Part shown: positions 1-11,411 of the stretch, one piece after another
How positions within the stretch are numbered: position 1 is the first letter of the stretch
How the letters are laid out: each line of letters opens with the position of its first letter
NCBI GenBank assembly: GCA_964587725.1
Contig: CAZPLO010000001.1
Span: 151,208-215,207, forward strand
Length of the DNA: 64,000 nucleotides
Reading direction: 5' to 3'
From: an uncultured archaeon
Lineage (GTDB): Archaea > Altiarchaeota > Altiarchaeia > IMC4 > SCGC-AAA252-I15
Notes under the pieces: generated by a model
What the model was told of the DNA's origin: nothing
What the model saw: the letters and a program-made list of their open reading frames with translations, nothing else
The model's database searches: none
Program-made: the position numbers and the translations under genes

Positions 1-219
1 GCTTTCGCCCGAGGGGACGTGCCCGCCCAAGACGATGCTCCACCGGCCTCCGAAGAACTCCTTGTCCGATGCGCGTCTGTTGACTAGAATCCGCCAAGCA
101 GGATCGAACACAAAAAACATCACACTGCGGTGCAACAGATTCTGTTCGTGGCATTCGTCCCTGCTGGCCTTCCCCAACACGGTGTCGTCTTCGTCCACTA
201 AGTCCAAATACTCGGTCAT
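1..219 (-). CDS. Nudix hydrolase, IDI-1/YfcD-like (partial, runs off window start; absent from ORF track)
   Basis: Manual translation MTEYLDLVDEDDTVLGKASRDECHEQNLLHRSVMFFVFDPAWRILVNRRASDKEFFGGRWSIVLGGHVPSGES; ATG overlaps the MCM stop (ATGA). Confidence 0.8.
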   Translation of the reverse strand, partial: MTEYLDLVDEDDTVLGKASRDECHEQNLLHRSVMFFVFDPAWRILVNRRASDKEFFGGRWSIVLGGHVPSGES

Positions 220-2222
220 CTCTCCTCGGTGAACATGAATTTTCCGTGGCGGGGCTCGTAAATTTCCCCTTTCTTCTTCAACTCGCTGATTATCTGGTCG
301 ACGGTGAACTTGTCTATGTTCTTCTCCGACATCGCTTCCCTGATTCCATCCAGCGACGCCATGCCGTCGGGGCTCGACTCTATGATCTCCCTTATCGTTT
401 CCTCCACGGTGCGGATTCTGTCCCTCATGCTCTTCGGGTGGTCTGTTACGATGCGGTCTATGTCGAATTCCCCTGTTTCGGCGTCGTATGCTATCTCCTT
501 CAAAACGAAGTCTGTGAGTTTGATTGCTCTTTCAACGTCTCCGACCGAGACCTCGTCGCTGAGCCTCAGTTTCGCAGACGCCTCCGACAGTCTTACCAAT
601 GCCTCCAGCTGACGTGGTGTGGCTGCGGCTGCGCCTCCGCGGCCCCGCGCACGCAACGCAACATAGTATTCCCGTATCTTCTCCACCGTGTCCTGGGTGA
701 GCTCCGGCCGGATGTTCCGGCGGGCGTAGGCTATGTATTTCCGGAACAATGCGGCGTCGACGGGCGGCCTTATCTCCTCCAGGCTCTCGCTGCGGTGCAT
801 CTTCAGCATGTGCTCGGCGATGCTCCGGTCCGTTTCTCTGTCCAACACGTCCCTTATCGGGAATATGAGGTCGAAACGCGAAATGAGGGTGGGAGGTATG
901 TCAAACTGTTCCGCCAGCGGCTTGTAGTTGTCGAAGCGGCTGAACTTAGGATTAGAGGCTGCCAGTATGCTGGTGTTGGCCTTGAACTTGGTTATGATGC
1001 CGGCTTTGGCGACGGATATTGTCTGCTGTTCCATGGCCTCGTGCATGGCGCTCCGGTCCTCCTTGTCCATTTTGTCGAATTCGTCTATTGCGGCGATGCC
1101 GCCGCCGGCCAGCACGAGCGCCCCCGCCTTCAGGGTCCACGCGCCGTCGGCGAGCTCGTCCTTTTCAGCGGTCGCCGTCAGTCCGGCTCCGGTGGTGCCT
1201 TTGCCTGTGACGTATATGCTCTTCGGGGCTATCTGGTCCACGTACTGGAGGACGCGGGATTTCGCCACGCCCGGGTCTCCGATGAGCAGCAGGTGTATGT
1301 CTCCGCGGGCTTTGGTGCCGTCCGGCAGAACCTTTCCCTGGCGGCCGCCGAACAGTTGCAGGGCTATTGCCTCCTTCACCTCCCGGTAGCCGTAGATGGA
1401 TGGTGCGATGCAGTCGACTATTTTGTCGTGCAACCGCGGGTCCTTCGCAAGCTCCTGAATCTCCTTCTCTTCTTCGTCTGTTATCTCGAACTCCTCGAAC
1501 TCGCGCTCCACCGCCTCCATGTGGTTTACTTCCAGGAATTTCCCGTATACGGAGCCCTTAGCCTTCTGAGGCTTCAGCCGGACTATTCCGGTGATGATGA
1601 CCTTGTCGCCTGCGGTGACGACGTCGGTCATGTCCTCCTCCGCCCAGAGTTCTATGCGACGTGCTTGTTCGCCGCCGACGAGCATCTCCAGAGGCTCCTG
1701 TATCTCGAGGCGCTGGACGTCAGTCCACTCGCTCTCCTCCAGTATGAAGCGGAAGTCGCTTTTCCCGCAGCTCCTGCAGCGGCCAGGTTCAATGAGCATC
1801 CGCTTGTCCTGAACGATCCAGTTGTGTTCGTCACAGCGGCTGCACACAAACAATGCCTTGCTGACCTTCGGCAGCACGTCGCTGATTCTGTTTACCACGC
1901 CTTCCACGGAGATGAACTTGCCTATGAAGTCCGACGTTATGTCTCTGACTGGGACGGTGTAGCCGCGTTCCTTCGGCACGTTTCTGAACCGGGCGTTGAA
2001 TTTTGGGTTCTCTACGACTGTGAGGATGCCCATGTTGTTTAGGACTTCGTTGAAGTCCGCCAGCACTTCGTCGGGGGTGTGGCGCAGGCGGTCGGCGAGG
2101 TCTCTGTCGTGGCGTTCCAGCTCCTCGAAATCCAGAACCAGGCTTTTTTTCTCGGGGTACTTCTCCCCCAGCCTGCGGAGCTGCTCCTTCTGCTTCCCCA
2201 TGAAGGACTCAATCTTCTTCAA
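216..2222 (-). CDS. mcm: Replicative helicase MCM
   Basis: Zn finger CxxC..CxxC, Walker A GDPGVAKS, IDEFDKM, SRFD arginine finger, C-terminal wHTH; TTG start preceded by GAGGTG; no intein. Confidence 0.97.
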   Translation of the reverse strand: MKKIESFMGKQKEQLRRLGEKYPEKKSLVLDFEELERHDRDLADRLRHTPDEVLADFNEVLNNMGILTVVENPKFNARFRNVPKERGYTVPVRDITSDFIGKFISVEGVVNRISDVLPKVSKALFVCSRCDEHNWIVQDKRMLIEPGRCRSCGKSDFRFILEESEWTDVQRLEIQEPLEMLVGGEQARRIELWAEEDMTDVVTAGDKVIITGIVRLKPQKAKGSVYGKFLEVNHMEAVEREFEEFEITDEEEKEIQELAKDPRLHDKIVDCIAPSIYGYREVKEAIALQLFGGRQGKVLPDGTKARGDIHLLLIGDPGVAKSRVLQYVDQIAPKSIYVTGKGTTGAGLTATAEKDELADGAWTLKAGALVLAGGGIAAIDEFDKMDKEDRSAMHEAMEQQTISVAKAGIITKFKANTSILAASNPKFSRFDNYKPLAEQFDIPPTLISRFDLIFPIRDVLDRETDRSIAEHMLKMHRSESLEEIRPPVDAALFRKYIAYARRNIRPELTQDTVEKIREYYVALRARGRGGAAAATPRQLEALVRLSEASAKLRLSDEVSVGDVERAIKLTDFVLKEIAYDAETGEFDIDRIVTDHPKSMRDRIRTVEETIREIIESSPDGMASLDGIREAMSEKNIDKFTVDQIISELKKKGEIYEPRHGKFMFTEER

Positions 2223-2293
2223 GCCAACGCACCTCAGAAAAAGAGGGTTAAGGTATAGGGAGTCGGTTAAATAAAAAACCTATTTCGTCGTTT

Positions 2294-2311
2294 GTCGAAC
2301 ACGTTTTCGAC
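2294..2311. promoter_or_regulatory. Inverted repeat GTCGAA-N6-TTCGAC in the mcm / regulator divergent intergenic region
   Basis: Read directly from sequence; lies just upstream of a TTTTTAAA TATA-like box preceding the HTH gene. Confidence 0.35.
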
Positions 2312-2346
2312 GATTTTTAAATGATTGTCTACATAGTATTGATGGT

Positions 2347-3051
2347 ATGCTGAACGCGAGAGAGAGCGTGGCCAAGAACATCGCAGGAGAGATAACCCTG
2401 TCGGACCGCTGCTGCACCACCATGAGAAAGTGGAGGGAGATATTCGGTGTGAAGCAGACGGACCTCGCCAGGGAGCTGCGTGTGTCTCCGTCGGTCATAT
2501 CAGACTACGAGTCCGGACGGCGGAATTCGCCGGGCACTCACTTCGTGAAGAAGTACGTGGAGTCCCTGGTTGACATAGACGACCGCAACGGCGGGATGGT
2601 GCTGAGCAAGTTCATGGTGGAGCGACCCGAAGCCATAATGGAGCTGCATGAGTTCAGCAACCCCGTGAAGGCCTCCCGTTTCGTGAAACTCATAGAGGGG
2701 GAAGTCATAGCCAACAAGCGGCTCATAGGCAACAGGGAATTGCGCGGCTACACCGTCATAGACAGCATCCAGGCCATACTGAACCTGAGCGAGCGCGAGT
2801 TCAGGAGCATCTACGGCTCCAGCACCGAACGGGCGCTGGTGTTCACGAAGGTGAAGATGGGGCGCTCGCCCATGATAGCGGTGAAGGTAACGCAGCCGAA
2901 GCCGGGGATGATAGTGTTGCACGGGGTAACCCCCAAGAAAGTCGACCGGCTCGCAACCCACATAGCGGAGAAGGAGAGGATACCGCTGGTGGTCTCCAAG
3001 GTGAAGACGGAGGAGGAGTTAATTGGGCGGGTGCGGAGGAATTTGACATGA
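2347..3051 (+). CDS. XRE-type HTH transcriptional regulator with DRTGG-like C-terminal domain
   Basis: [37 protein letters not shown]; [23 protein letters not shown] typical of this archaeal family, often found upstream of HMG-CoA synthase. Confidence 0.85.
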   Translation: MLNARESVAKNIAGEITLSDRCCTTMRKWREIFGVKQTDLARELRVSPSVISDYESGRRNSPGTHFVKKYVESLVDIDDRNGGMVLSKFMVERPEAIMELHEFSNPVKASRFVKLIEGEVIANKRLIGNRELRGYTVIDSIQAILNLSEREFRSIYGSSTERALVFTKVKMGRSPMIAVKVTQPKPGMIVLHGVTPKKVDRLATHIAEKERIPLVVSKVKTEEELIGRVRRNLT

Positions 3052-4100
3052 CGGGAATAGTAGGGTACGGGGCGTATGTGCCCCGGTACAGGATAACCCC
3101 CCACGAGATAAGCAAGGTGTGGGGCGGCGACGGAGAAAGGTGGAGCAAGGGATTGAATGTTAGGGAGAAGAGCGTGCCGGCCATGGACGAAGACGTGGTC
3201 ACAATAGCCACCGAGGCCGCGCGGCTGGCGCTGAAGCACTCCCAGGTTAATCCGAGAGACATCGAAGCAGTGTATGTTGGTTCCGAGTCGCATCCTTACG
3301 CGGTGAAGCCGACCGCCACCATCGTGGCGGAGGCGATTGAGGCGACGCCGGACATGACCGCTGCAGACTACGAGTTCGCGTGCAAGGCGGGGACCGCCGC
3401 CATCCAGACCTGCCTGGGGCTGGTTAAGTCCAAGATTGTGAAATACGGCCTCGCCATAGGCGCCGACACAAGCCAGGGCCGTCCCGGAGACGCCCTCGAA
3501 TACACGGCATCCGCCGGCGGAGCGGCCTACGTGATAGGTGAAAGGAAGACTATAGCGGACATCAGAGACACGTACTCCTTCACCACCGACACGCCGGACT
3601 TCTGGAGGAGGGAGGGACAGGATTATCCCATGCACGGCAGCCGCTTCACAGGAGAGCCGGCGTACTTCAAACACGTCATATCCGCGTCCACCAGGATAAT
3701 GGAACGCAATAACATGAAACCAGAAGACTTCAGGTATGCGGTGTTCCACCAGCCCAACGGCAAGTTCCCGCTGGCCGCCGCCAAGAAGCTTGGTTTCAAG
3801 AAGGAACAGGTCGAAACTGGATTGCTGACTCCGGTTATAGGAAACACCTACTCCGGTGCGACGCCGCTGGCGTTGAGCGCGGTGTTGGACGAGGCCGAAG
3901 CCGGCGACATGATACTCGCAACCTCGTACGGTTCAGGGGCGGGAAGCGACGCCTTTATCATAAAGGCTACAGATCGCATATCGAAGAACAGGAACCCGAA
4001 ACCTGTTCGGGAGCAGATAAAGGACCGCATATACATCGAATACAGCACCTACGCGAAATTCAAGGGCAAGATAAAGGGTGTGGGTCTGCAGAAGGGGTGA
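3048..4100 (+). CDS. hmgB: Hydroxymethylglutaryl-CoA synthase (archaeal)
   Basis: [20 protein letters not shown] catalytic Cys, [24 protein letters not shown]. Confidence 0.95.
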   Translation: MTGIVGYGAYVPRYRITPHEISKVWGGDGERWSKGLNVREKSVPAMDEDVVTIATEAARLALKHSQVNPRDIEAVYVGSESHPYAVKPTATIVAEAIEATPDMTAADYEFACKAGTAAIQTCLGLVKSKIVKYGLAIGADTSQGRPGDALEYTASAGGAAYVIGERKTIADIRDTYSFTTDTPDFWRREGQDYPMHGSRFTGEPAYFKHVISASTRIMERNNMKPEDFRYAVFHQPNGKFPLAAAKKLGFKKEQVETGLLTPVIGNTYSGATPLALSAVLDEAEAGDMILATSYGSGAGSDAFIIKATDRISKNRNPKPVREQIKDRIYIEYSTYAKFKGKIKGVGLQKG

Positions 4101-5269
4101 ATGAAGTGAACGTAGCAGTAATAGGGGTGGGTTTGACCAGGTTCGGAGAGTTCTGGGAGAAAAGCTACCGCGACCTCATAACGGAGGCCGGCGTGCACGC
4201 CATAAAGGACGCGGGCATAGACGGCGTCGAAGTCGACGCACTGTATGTGGGCTCGATGACGCCCGGACTGTTCATACAGCAGGAGCACATCGGTGCGCTT
4301 GTTGCGGACAACTCCGGGCTGCTTGGGGTGCCGGCCACGCGAGTGGAGTCGGCCTGCGCGTCCGGGGGGGTTGCGCTGCGGCAGGCTTACCTCGCAATCA
4401 AAGCCGGCGTGGCGGACATTGTCGTCGCAGGCGGCGTGGAGAAGATGACCGACGTCAGCACCGAACACGCCACCGTCGCGTTGGCTGGGGCGGGCGACCA
4501 GGAGTGGGAGGCCTTCCACGGCGTGACGTTCCCGGCCATATACGCGCTGATGGCCCGCCGACACATGATAGAGTACGGGACCACGGAGGAGCAGATGGCG
4601 ATGGTGTCCGTGAAAAACCACCACAACGGCTCGTTGAACCCGAACGCACAGTACAGGAAAAAGTTCACGTTGGAGGACGTCATGGACTCGGCTCCCATAG
4701 CCGACCCGCTGAAGCTGCTCGACTGCTCTCCCATAACAGACGGGGCGGCGGCTGTGATACTGGCGAGCGAAGAAAAGGCGAAAGAGCTGTCAGACAAACC
4801 CGTATGGATTACCGGCAGCGGGCAGGCGTCCGACTCACTGGCATTGCACGACAGGAAGAGCATGTGCAGGATCGATGCGGCCGTGAAGGCGTCGAAGACC
4901 GCTTACAAGATGGCGGGTGTTACGCCGAACGACATAGACTTCGCGGAAGTCCACGACTGCTTCACCATAGCGGAGATAATGGCTGTTGAAAGCCTGGGGT
5001 TCTGCGAGCTCGGTTCCGGAGGAAGATTCACTGAAGACGGCGAGACCGCTTTGTACGGGAGCAAACCCGTCAACACCTCCGGAGGGCTGAAGGCGAAAGG
5101 CCACCCCGTCGGCGCCACCGGCATAGCGCAGGCCGTGGAGACGGTGCTGCAGCTGCGCGGGGAAGCGGACAAGAGACAGATAAAGGGTGCGAAGACCGGG
5201 TTGACGCATAACGTGGGGGGCAGCGGAGCTTCGTGCGTGGTTCACGTATTCCAGAAGGAGGTGGCATGA
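4097..5269 (+). CDS. Acetoacetyl-CoA thiolase
   Basis: [40 protein letters not shown]; lies between HMGS and DUF35. Confidence 0.95.
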   Translation: MNEVNVAVIGVGLTRFGEFWEKSYRDLITEAGVHAIKDAGIDGVEVDALYVGSMTPGLFIQQEHIGALVADNSGLLGVPATRVESACASGGVALRQAYLAIKAGVADIVVAGGVEKMTDVSTEHATVALAGAGDQEWEAFHGVTFPAIYALMARRHMIEYGTTEEQMAMVSVKNHHNGSLNPNAQYRKKFTLEDVMDSAPIADPLKLLDCSPITDGAAAVILASEEKAKELSDKPVWITGSGQASDSLALHDRKSMCRIDAAVKASKTAYKMAGVTPNDIDFAEVHDCFTIAEIMAVESLGFCELGSGGRFTEDGETALYGSKPVNTSGGLKAKGHPVGATGIAQAVETVLQLRGEADKRQIKGAKTGLTHNVGGSGASCVVHVFQKEVA

Positions 5270-5670
5270 TGAGCGAAGGACTTGCGTTGCATTGGAGGCT
5301 GATCCCCCCCAGGTATAATCTCAGGGGGAGCGAGTGCAAGAACTGCGGACAACGGTTTTTTCCGCCCAGAAACATCTGCCCCGGCTGCAGGAGACGCAGC
5401 AGGATGGAGGCGTTCAAGTTCAGCGGGGAAGGGGAAGTTTTCAGCTACACGGTAGTGTATGCTGCGCCCACTGGATTCGAGTACCAGAAGCCGTATGTGG
5501 TGGCTGTGGTGAAACTGGATGAAGGCACTATGTGCACCGCCCAGGTGGTGGACTGCGAGTCCGGCGAGGTTAAAGTTGGCAGCAGGGTGGAGGCCGTGTT
5601 CAGGAAGATAATGGCGGACAAGGACTCAGGGATAATACGCTACGGATACAAGTTCAAACTGAAGAAATAA
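5266..5670 (+). CDS. DUF35 Zn-ribbon/OB-fold scaffold of the thiolase-HMGS complex
   Basis: CKNCG..FFPPR..CPGC, OB fold, IRYGYKF; start taken at the ATG overlapping the thiolase stop. Confidence 0.92.
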   Translation: MMSEGLALHWRLIPPRYNLRGSECKNCGQRFFPPRNICPGCRRRSRMEAFKFSGEGEVFSYTVVYAAPTGFEYQKPYVVAVVKLDEGTMCTAQVVDCESGEVKVGSRVEAVFRKIMADKDSGIIRYGYKFKLKK

Positions 5671-5736
5671 TTTACATATTTACATGCATAATTATGTACA
5701 ATGTATGAATAATTTACATATGTAAATAAACAGATA
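5671..5736. terminator. AT-rich convergent intergenic region, probable bidirectional terminator with palindromes
   Basis: Nearly all A/T between two convergent stops; perfect palindrome ATTTACATATGTAAAT at 5712-5727. Confidence 0.4.
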
Positions 5737-6186
5737 TTAGTATTTTATTTCGTGCTGCACATGCTCCCTGGCCTTCTGTATCGGATGTCCCTTGGCTAGT
5801 ATGACCATAGTCACCAACGCAACGACAAAGGACATGACGAAATAGCCGAGGCCGACAGACAAACCGACCGCCGCCGAAACCCAGATGGCGGCGGCGGTGG
5901 TTATGCCGTGTATGATGTCGCCCTGCTGACGCCATATGACGCCGGCGCCGATGAAGCCCACGCCGGTCACAATCTGAGCCGCCACCCTCGAAGGCTCGCT
6001 GCCGACAGGGAAACCCAGAACCGACAACACCGTGAACAACGCAGAACCCATGCAGATGAGGCTGAATGTGCGCATGCCCGCGCCCTTTTCACCGCCCTTA
6101 CGTTCTACGCCAATCATAAGCCCGAGGATAGCCGCGAACAAAACCCTCGCCAGCATCCCCAGCTCGACGTTCAAAGACTCCAGCAT
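5737..6186 (-). CDS. MgtC/SapB family membrane protein
   Basis: IGVER..KGAGMRTFSLI, SRVAAQIVTGVGFIGAGVI, HGITTAAAIW; start set at MLESLN. Confidence 0.9.
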   Translation of the reverse strand: MLESLNVELGMLARVLFAAILGLMIGVERKGGEKGAGMRTFSLICMGSALFTVLSVLGFPVGSEPSRVAAQIVTGVGFIGAGVIWRQQGDIIHGITTAAAIWVSAAVGLSVGLGYFVMSFVVALVTMVILAKGHPIQKAREHVQHEIKY

Positions 6187-6218
6187 CCTGAATAACAAAG
6201 GGGAGGGAGGGTATAAAA

Positions 6219-7391
6219 CTAGAATGTCTGGGCCTTGCCCTCCAAGCACTTCCTGGTCATCTCGGTGACGTTCTCCAGCCAGTAGTCCGCTATCTCGACC
6301 GCCTTCTTCTCCAGCTTCTTCGGCCCCACCAGCTGCACGTCCGCCACCATCGGCTGGTCTATGGGATGGCCTATCTGGCTCAAAATCCGGACGTAAACCT
6401 GGTCCGCACCCTCGTCAGCTATGTCGCGGGCAATCTCCTTAGACAGCAGGTTATAGAGTTTGCCCACGTGGTTGACCGGGTTCTTCCCCGACGTCGCTTC
6501 CATACTCATGGGCCTGTACGGAGTGATTAGCCCGTTGGCTCGGTTGCCCCTGCCCACGGAGCCGTCGTCTCCCTGCTCCGCACTCGTGCCGGTGACGGTC
6601 AAGAACACGCTCTCGTTTTCTATGTCGTCGCCGGTGTTGATTTCCACCTTCACATCCTGGTCGGTGATGCCGGCGATGAAGTCCTTAGCCAGCCCTGTCA
6701 TCTCCTCGATGATGCCCTCGTAGTCGCCGATGTTTTTGATGTGGCGGGACACCATGGCGTTGCAGATGGTCAGCACGATTTCATCCTTATGGCGTTCGCC
6801 CATCACCTTGATGTCCTCGCCGGACGCCTTCACCTTCTTCTTCATGGGACCGTTCATGTAGCGCTCCACTTCGTAGGTGAGCTGCTCGGTGATGGTGAAC
6901 GGCGCGAACCCCACTCCGAACGACGTGTCGTTGGCCTTGGGTATGCCCTTCCGCTGGAACACCGAACGCAGGTCAGATGAGCCCAGGCCTATCTTCTGGT
7001 CCAACACCACCTCGTTGTCGATGTCCAGGTGGGGGAAATGCTTCTTCAGGTAGTTTCTGGCTGCCTCGACAGCCACTTCGCCGACGGGAACCGGGTCACC
7101 GTCGACCTCGGTTGTTGCTCGGCCGGACAGAAGAATGTATACGGGGGTGGCTATTTCACCCGCACCCCACACGGGGTTGCTTCTTCCCCCAACCAACTCG
7201 ACCTGGTCGGTGTTGTGGTGCATGATGTGCCCGAAACGCTTCATGTACTCGTTGGACAACGCCCAGCTCACTGTCTCGGCCAGGCCGTCGCATATGCTGT
7301 CCGGGTGCCCTATCCCCTTACGCTCAACCAGCTCAACATCCTGTTCAGCCAGCGGCTTCTCATGGGGGGACTCAACATAAATGTTCCTCAT
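6219..7391 (-). CDS. mat: S-adenosylmethionine synthetase, archaeal type
   Basis: [46 protein letters not shown]. Confidence 0.96.
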   Translation of the reverse strand: MRNIYVESPHEKPLAEQDVELVERKGIGHPDSICDGLAETVSWALSNEYMKRFGHIMHHNTDQVELVGGRSNPVWGAGEIATPVYILLSGRATTEVDGDPVPVGEVAVEAARNYLKKHFPHLDIDNEVVLDQKIGLGSSDLRSVFQRKGIPKANDTSFGVGFAPFTITEQLTYEVERYMNGPMKKKVKASGEDIKVMGERHKDEIVLTICNAMVSRHIKNIGDYEGIIEEMTGLAKDFIAGITDQDVKVEINTGDDIENESVFLTVTGTSAEQGDDGSVGRGNRANGLITPYRPMSMEATSGKNPVNHVGKLYNLLSKEIARDIADEGADQVYVRILSQIGHPIDQPMVADVQLVGPKKLEKKAVEIADYWLENVTEMTRKCLEGKAQTF

Positions 7392-7396
7392 TGTAA

Positions 7397-8338
7397 TCAC
7401 TTGGATTTAGCGTCAGACAGACCGTCCGTGGATATCTCGAAAACGCACTCGGCGTCGGGCATGCTCGGAGAATCAATCAACGAGGCAATGCGCTTGCTGC
7501 CCTTGCTCTTCTTCAGGTAAACACGGAAGGTGCTGTGATGGCCGACTATGTGGCCTCCGATGGGTGTGGTGGGGTCTCCGAACATTATGTCCGGGCGGGC
7601 CATCACCTGATTAGTCACTATCACAGCAACGTTGTGCAGGTCGGCCATCTTCCGCTGGAGGGTGTGCATGTGGCGGTTCAATTTCTGCTGGCGTGAGGCC
7701 AGAGTGCCCCTCCCAACGTATTCGGCGCGGAAGTGCGCGGTCAACGAATCCACTATCACGATTTTGATGTCCTTCTCCTTCACAATCTCGGCTGCTTTCT
7801 CGGCCAAAAGCATCTGGTGGTCGCTGTTGTATGCGCGCGCCACCATGATGTTGGCGAGGGCGTCCTCCGGTTTTATCTTGGCGGCCTTGGCCATCTGCTG
7901 GATTCTCTCAGGCCTGAAAGTGTTTTCTGTGTCGATGTATATTGCACCGCCTTCCAGGCCGCCCTTAGACTTGGGGAGCTGGGCGTTGACAGCCAGCTGG
8001 TGCGCCACCTGTGTTTTACCGGAGCCGAATTTTCCGAACAATTCGGTGATGGCCTGCGTCTCTATTCCGCCTCCGAAGAGTTTGTCGAATTCCTTGCTGC
8101 CGGTTGTGAGTTTACCCACCAAGTCCCGCTTCGCAAGAACGTCCAAGCCGGATTCGAATCCCATCTTCAGGGATTCGCGCGCGGCGCCGATGATTTTCAC
8201 CGCCGTGGCCTCGCCTATGCCGACGTCCTTCAGCTCGCCGGTGGATGCTGTTGCCACAGCCTCCACGCTCGTGTAGCCCGACTCCTTGAGTTTCTCGGCG
8301 ATGGTTGCGCCAACACCCGTCAAATCCTCCAATTCCAT
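7397..8338 (-). CDS. radA: DNA repair and recombination protein RadA
   Basis: N-terminal Hh[37 protein letters not shown]. Confidence 0.97.
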   Translation of the reverse strand: MELEDLTGVGATIAEKLKESGYTSVEAVATASTGELKDVGIGEATAVKIIGAARESLKMGFESGLDVLAKRDLVGKLTTGSKEFDKLFGGGIETQAITELFGKFGSGKTQVAHQLAVNAQLPKSKGGLEGGAIYIDTENTFRPERIQQMAKAAKIKPEDALANIMVARAYNSDHQMLLAEKAAEIVKEKDIKIVIVDSLTAHFRAEYVGRGTLASRQQKLNRHMHTLQRKMADLHNVAVIVTNQVMARPDIMFGDPTTPIGGHIVGHHSTFRVYLKKSKGSKRIASLIDSPSMPDAECVFEISTDGLSDAKSK

Positions 8339-8404
8339 CGTAGAAGCCTTAGTTTATTGTAGTCCGGTTTATTAAATAGCTGGTCGTGAGTGCTGCGGAA
8401 AAGT

Positions 8405-10312
8405 TTAACTGTCCACTATTTTGTCGAGCTTCTTCACCAGCGGACCGCCCTTCACCAGCGAGTGCTTAAGCACGTCCACCAGCGTCTTTGCGGAAGCGAC
8501 CTCTATCTGACCCTCATACTTCTTCTCCAACAGCACGTCTTTCACGTTGCTCTCGGGGATGATGACCCTCTTCAATCCCGCTTCGACTGCGGCCTCTATC
8601 TTCTGGGTGACGCCGCCCACCGGCAGCACTTCGCCGCGCACGGTGAGGGAGCCGGTCATTGCCACATCCTGCCGGACCGCAACCTTCTCCAACGCAGACA
8701 TTACCGCCACCGCCACACTCACTGACGCGCTGTCGCCCTCCACACCCTCGTAGGTCTGGAGGAACTGGATGTGTATGTCGTGGTTGCTTATGTGCTTGCC
8801 GGATATCTTCTTGATTAATGCGGACACGTTTGTTACAGCCTCCTTAGCAATCTCCCCCAGCTTGCCGGTGGCGACTATCTGCCCGCTCTTCTGGCTGTGC
8901 GCAGGCGCAACCTCCGCCACAATCGGGAGTACGGTGCCGCCGTCGCCCATCACCGCCAGACCGTTCACCCTCCCTATCTTGCTGCCTTCGGTCACGAGTA
9001 TCTCGTACTCCTTCTTCCTTTCGAGGTAGACGTCGCCGACCTGCTGCTCCAACGTCCGCGCGCTCTTCTTGCCTTCGAGAACATCGTCTGCAGTGACGTA
9101 TTTGTGTTTTCTCTCGTTGGCTATGTCCCCAGCCGCCCTTATCAGGCCGCCGAGCTCTCTGAAGCGGAGGGTGAGTTTGTCCCTGGTTCCGGCGCGGCGC
9201 TTAGCCTCCCGTATGATCTCCTCCACCGCCTCCACAGTAAAATGCGGTATCTTCCCGTCCTTAACAATCTCCTGAGTCACGAACTGCACCATCTTCCTGC
9301 GGTTCTCGTCGCTGTCTTCTATGTGTTCTTTCATGAACACCTCGTAGCCGTAACCCCGTATCCTCGACCGCAGCGCAGGATGCATCTGCTCTATCACCTG
9401 TATGTTCCCTGAAGCAACCAGTATGAAGTCGCATGGGACCGGGTCGGTCATCACCATCGCGCCGCTGCTCATCTCACTCCTCCCGGTTATTGGAAGCTGT
9501 TTCTCCTGTATCGCGGTCAGCAGGTCCAGCTGGGAGTTGCCCAAAGTTCCTATTTCGTCGATGAACAACACGCCCTTGTGGGCTTTGTGTATCAGGCCTG
9601 CTACCACACGGAGGTGGGCGGGCGTCCCCAACCCCCCGGACTGCAGGGGGTCGTGCTTGATGTCGCCGAGCAATGCGCCGGCGTGCGCGCCGGTGCCCTC
9701 GTAGAACGGCGCTGTCTCGTGTTCGGCGTTGTCCACTATAAGGCGGGGGGCGTTGGTCTTCTGCGGCCCCATCATAAAACGTATGTTGACCCCGAACAAT
9801 AGGAAAAACACTATCCCGAACGCCATCATCGCCGCAATGATTATGCCGTCTGTTACGACGCCGAATATGTATAATGCGAGCGGCAGGAGGAAGAACACGA
9901 ACAACAGCAATGGAATCCTGGACCCCCCTCCCTTCGAGGAGGCGGACTCCTGCTCCCTGGATGCCTTGACAATCTTCCGGCCTTCTCCTGCGGGAACCAC
10001 CTTGATTTTGGGGTTGTTTTCGTCGTCGGGGTTGGCGACCGCCAGCATGTCAACCAACACCTCGCTGGGTAGCAGTTCCGCCATAGCGTTGGCGAGCATG
10101 CTCTTCCCCGTACCCGGCTCCCCAATCAAAAGAAGGTGTCTCCGCTGCTTCGCAGCCTTTTTTATGATATCGACGGCCTTCTCCTGGCCTATGACCTGGT
10201 CTATCAGCTTCTCAGGGACCTTGACTTCGTCGGTTGTCTTGAAGTCGTCCCACGACTTCATGTCGGCGGCGTCCTTCCCCGGCTTCTCCGGTTTAACGTC
10301 TTCTTCAGGCAT
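8405..10312 (-). CDS. lonB: Membrane-anchored ATP-dependent protease LonB
   Basis: GEPGTGKS, two TM helices inserted in the AAA domain, [17 protein letters not shown] catalytic Ser, KIEAA Lys. Confidence 0.95.
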   Translation of the reverse strand: MPEEDVKPEKPGKDAADMKSWDDFKTTDEVKVPEKLIDQVIGQEKAVDIIKKAAKQRRHLLLIGEPGTGKSMLANAMAELLPSEVLVDMLAVANPDDENNPKIKVVPAGEGRKIVKASREQESASSKGGGSRIPLLLFVFFLLPLALYIFGVVTDGIIIAAMMAFGIVFFLLFGVNIRFMMGPQKTNAPRLIVDNAEHETAPFYEGTGAHAGALLGDIKHDPLQSGGLGTPAHLRVVAGLIHKAHKGVLFIDEIGTLGNSQLDLLTAIQEKQLPITGRSEMSSGAMVMTDPVPCDFILVASGNIQVIEQMHPALRSRIRGYGYEVFMKEHIEDSDENRRKMVQFVTQEIVKDGKIPHFTVEAVEEIIREAKRRAGTRDKLTLRFRELGGLIRAAGDIANERKHKYVTADDVLEGKKSARTLEQQVGDVYLERKKEYEILVTEGSKIGRVNGLAVMGDGGTVLPIVAEVAPAHSQKSGQIVATGKLGEIAKEAVTNVSALIKKISGKHISNHDIHIQFLQTYEGVEGDSASVSVAVAVMSALEKVAVRQDVAMTGSLTVRGEVLPVGGVTQKIEAAVEAGLKRVIIPESNVKDVLLEKKYEGQIEVASAKTLVDVLKHSLVKGGPLVKKLDKIVDS

Positions 10313-10354
10313 TTGAGAACAAGTATCTCTAGCAAACCACCGCTTAAATACGTT

Positions 10355-11326
10355 TCACCACGTGACCTCTATGCTGTCGGTCCGCTGGCTGCTGTCGACC
10401 ACCGATTCCGCCAGACCCATTCTCACACCCGCAGAGTGCATCTTCTGCGCAGTCAACCCTATCATGACGCCGTTGTCGCCCATGTACTCCGCAGGAAGGT
10501 CGAATCGGGCACCGTGTTCTTCAGACACGAGGCGGAGCATCTCCTGAAGGCGTTTGTTGTATCCTACCCCTCCCGCCAACAGTACTTCATCGGCTTTCAA
10601 GTGGGCTAACGCCCTTTCAGTGACCTCGCACAGCATGGCGAACGCCGTCTCCTGAAGCGAGAAACAAATGTCTTCCAGTGGAACGCCTTTACCGTGTTTC
10701 TGGAGTGCGGCGGTTAGTATGCCCGAAAAGCTCATGTCAGTGCCCTTGACTACGTAGGGGAGTTCAACATACTCGGCGCCTTCTCTGGCCAGCTCCTCAA
10801 TCTTCGGCCCAGCAGGATGCTGTAACCCTACTTCGCGGCCGAACTTGTCCAGCATGTTGCCGACGCCCACGTCCAAGGTCTCGCCGAACACCCTGTAGCG
10901 GCCGTCCTTGAGCTTGATTACCTGGCTGTTGGCGCCGCTGACGTAGAGGACGAGTGGGTCCGTGAATCCGCTGAATACTTTGCCGACTTCGATGTGGGCT
11001 ACGCAGTGGTTGACACCCAGCAAAGGTTTACTGTGGTAGAGTGAGAGGGTTCTTGCTGCGGTTGCCACCGTCCTCAAACACGGTCCGAGGCCAGGGCCCT
11101 GGCTGAACGACACCAACCCCGCGTCCTCCATCCGGATGCCGGCTTCGCCCAACGCCCTGTAGACCGCGTCTTTCATCACCGCACCCATATGCTGGGACGC
11201 GTCCCTCGGATGTATGCCGCCCTCCTCCGGCTTATAGGTTTCGCGGACGTCCGCCAACACCTCAAACCCGTCGACCACGCCGACACCCAAGGTGTGGGCG
11301 GTGCCCTCCAAACCCAAGACGATCAT
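10355..11326 (-). CDS. kae1: KEOPS t6A synthesis protein Kae1 (not fused to Bud32)
   Basis: GLEGTAHT, GPGLGPCL, VNHCVAHIE, GETLDVGVGN, DNGVMI. Confidence 0.95.
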   Translation of the reverse strand: MIVLGLEGTAHTLGVGVVDGFEVLADVRETYKPEEGGIHPRDASQHMGAVMKDAVYRALGEAGIRMEDAGLVSFSQGPGLGPCLRTVATAARTLSLYHSKPLLGVNHCVAHIEVGKVFSGFTDPLVLYVSGANSQVIKLKDGRYRVFGETLDVGVGNMLDKFGREVGLQHPAGPKIEELAREGAEYVELPYVVKGTDMSFSGILTAALQKHGKGVPLEDICFSLQETAFAMLCEVTERALAHLKADEVLLAGGVGYNKRLQEMLRLVSEEHGARFDLPAEYMGDNGVMIGLTAQKMHSAGVRMGLAESVVDSSQRTDSIEVTW

Positions 11327-11411
11327 GGAATAACATGAGGAGGCATAGTATTATTAATATGATGTTGAGGAGATGTTCGAAGGTTTCAGTAGGCTGGGTG
11401 AACGCAACTAG

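Noticed and set aside
246-2042. 598-aa plus-strand ORF and many other long antisense ORFs (e.g. 40237-41691, 37709-38749)
   Set aside because: Shadows of well-supported genes on the opposite strand, expected from GC-biased codon usage; no motifs
216-10312. Inteins in MCM, RadA or LonB
   Set aside because: Lengths are canonical and the motifs are contiguous
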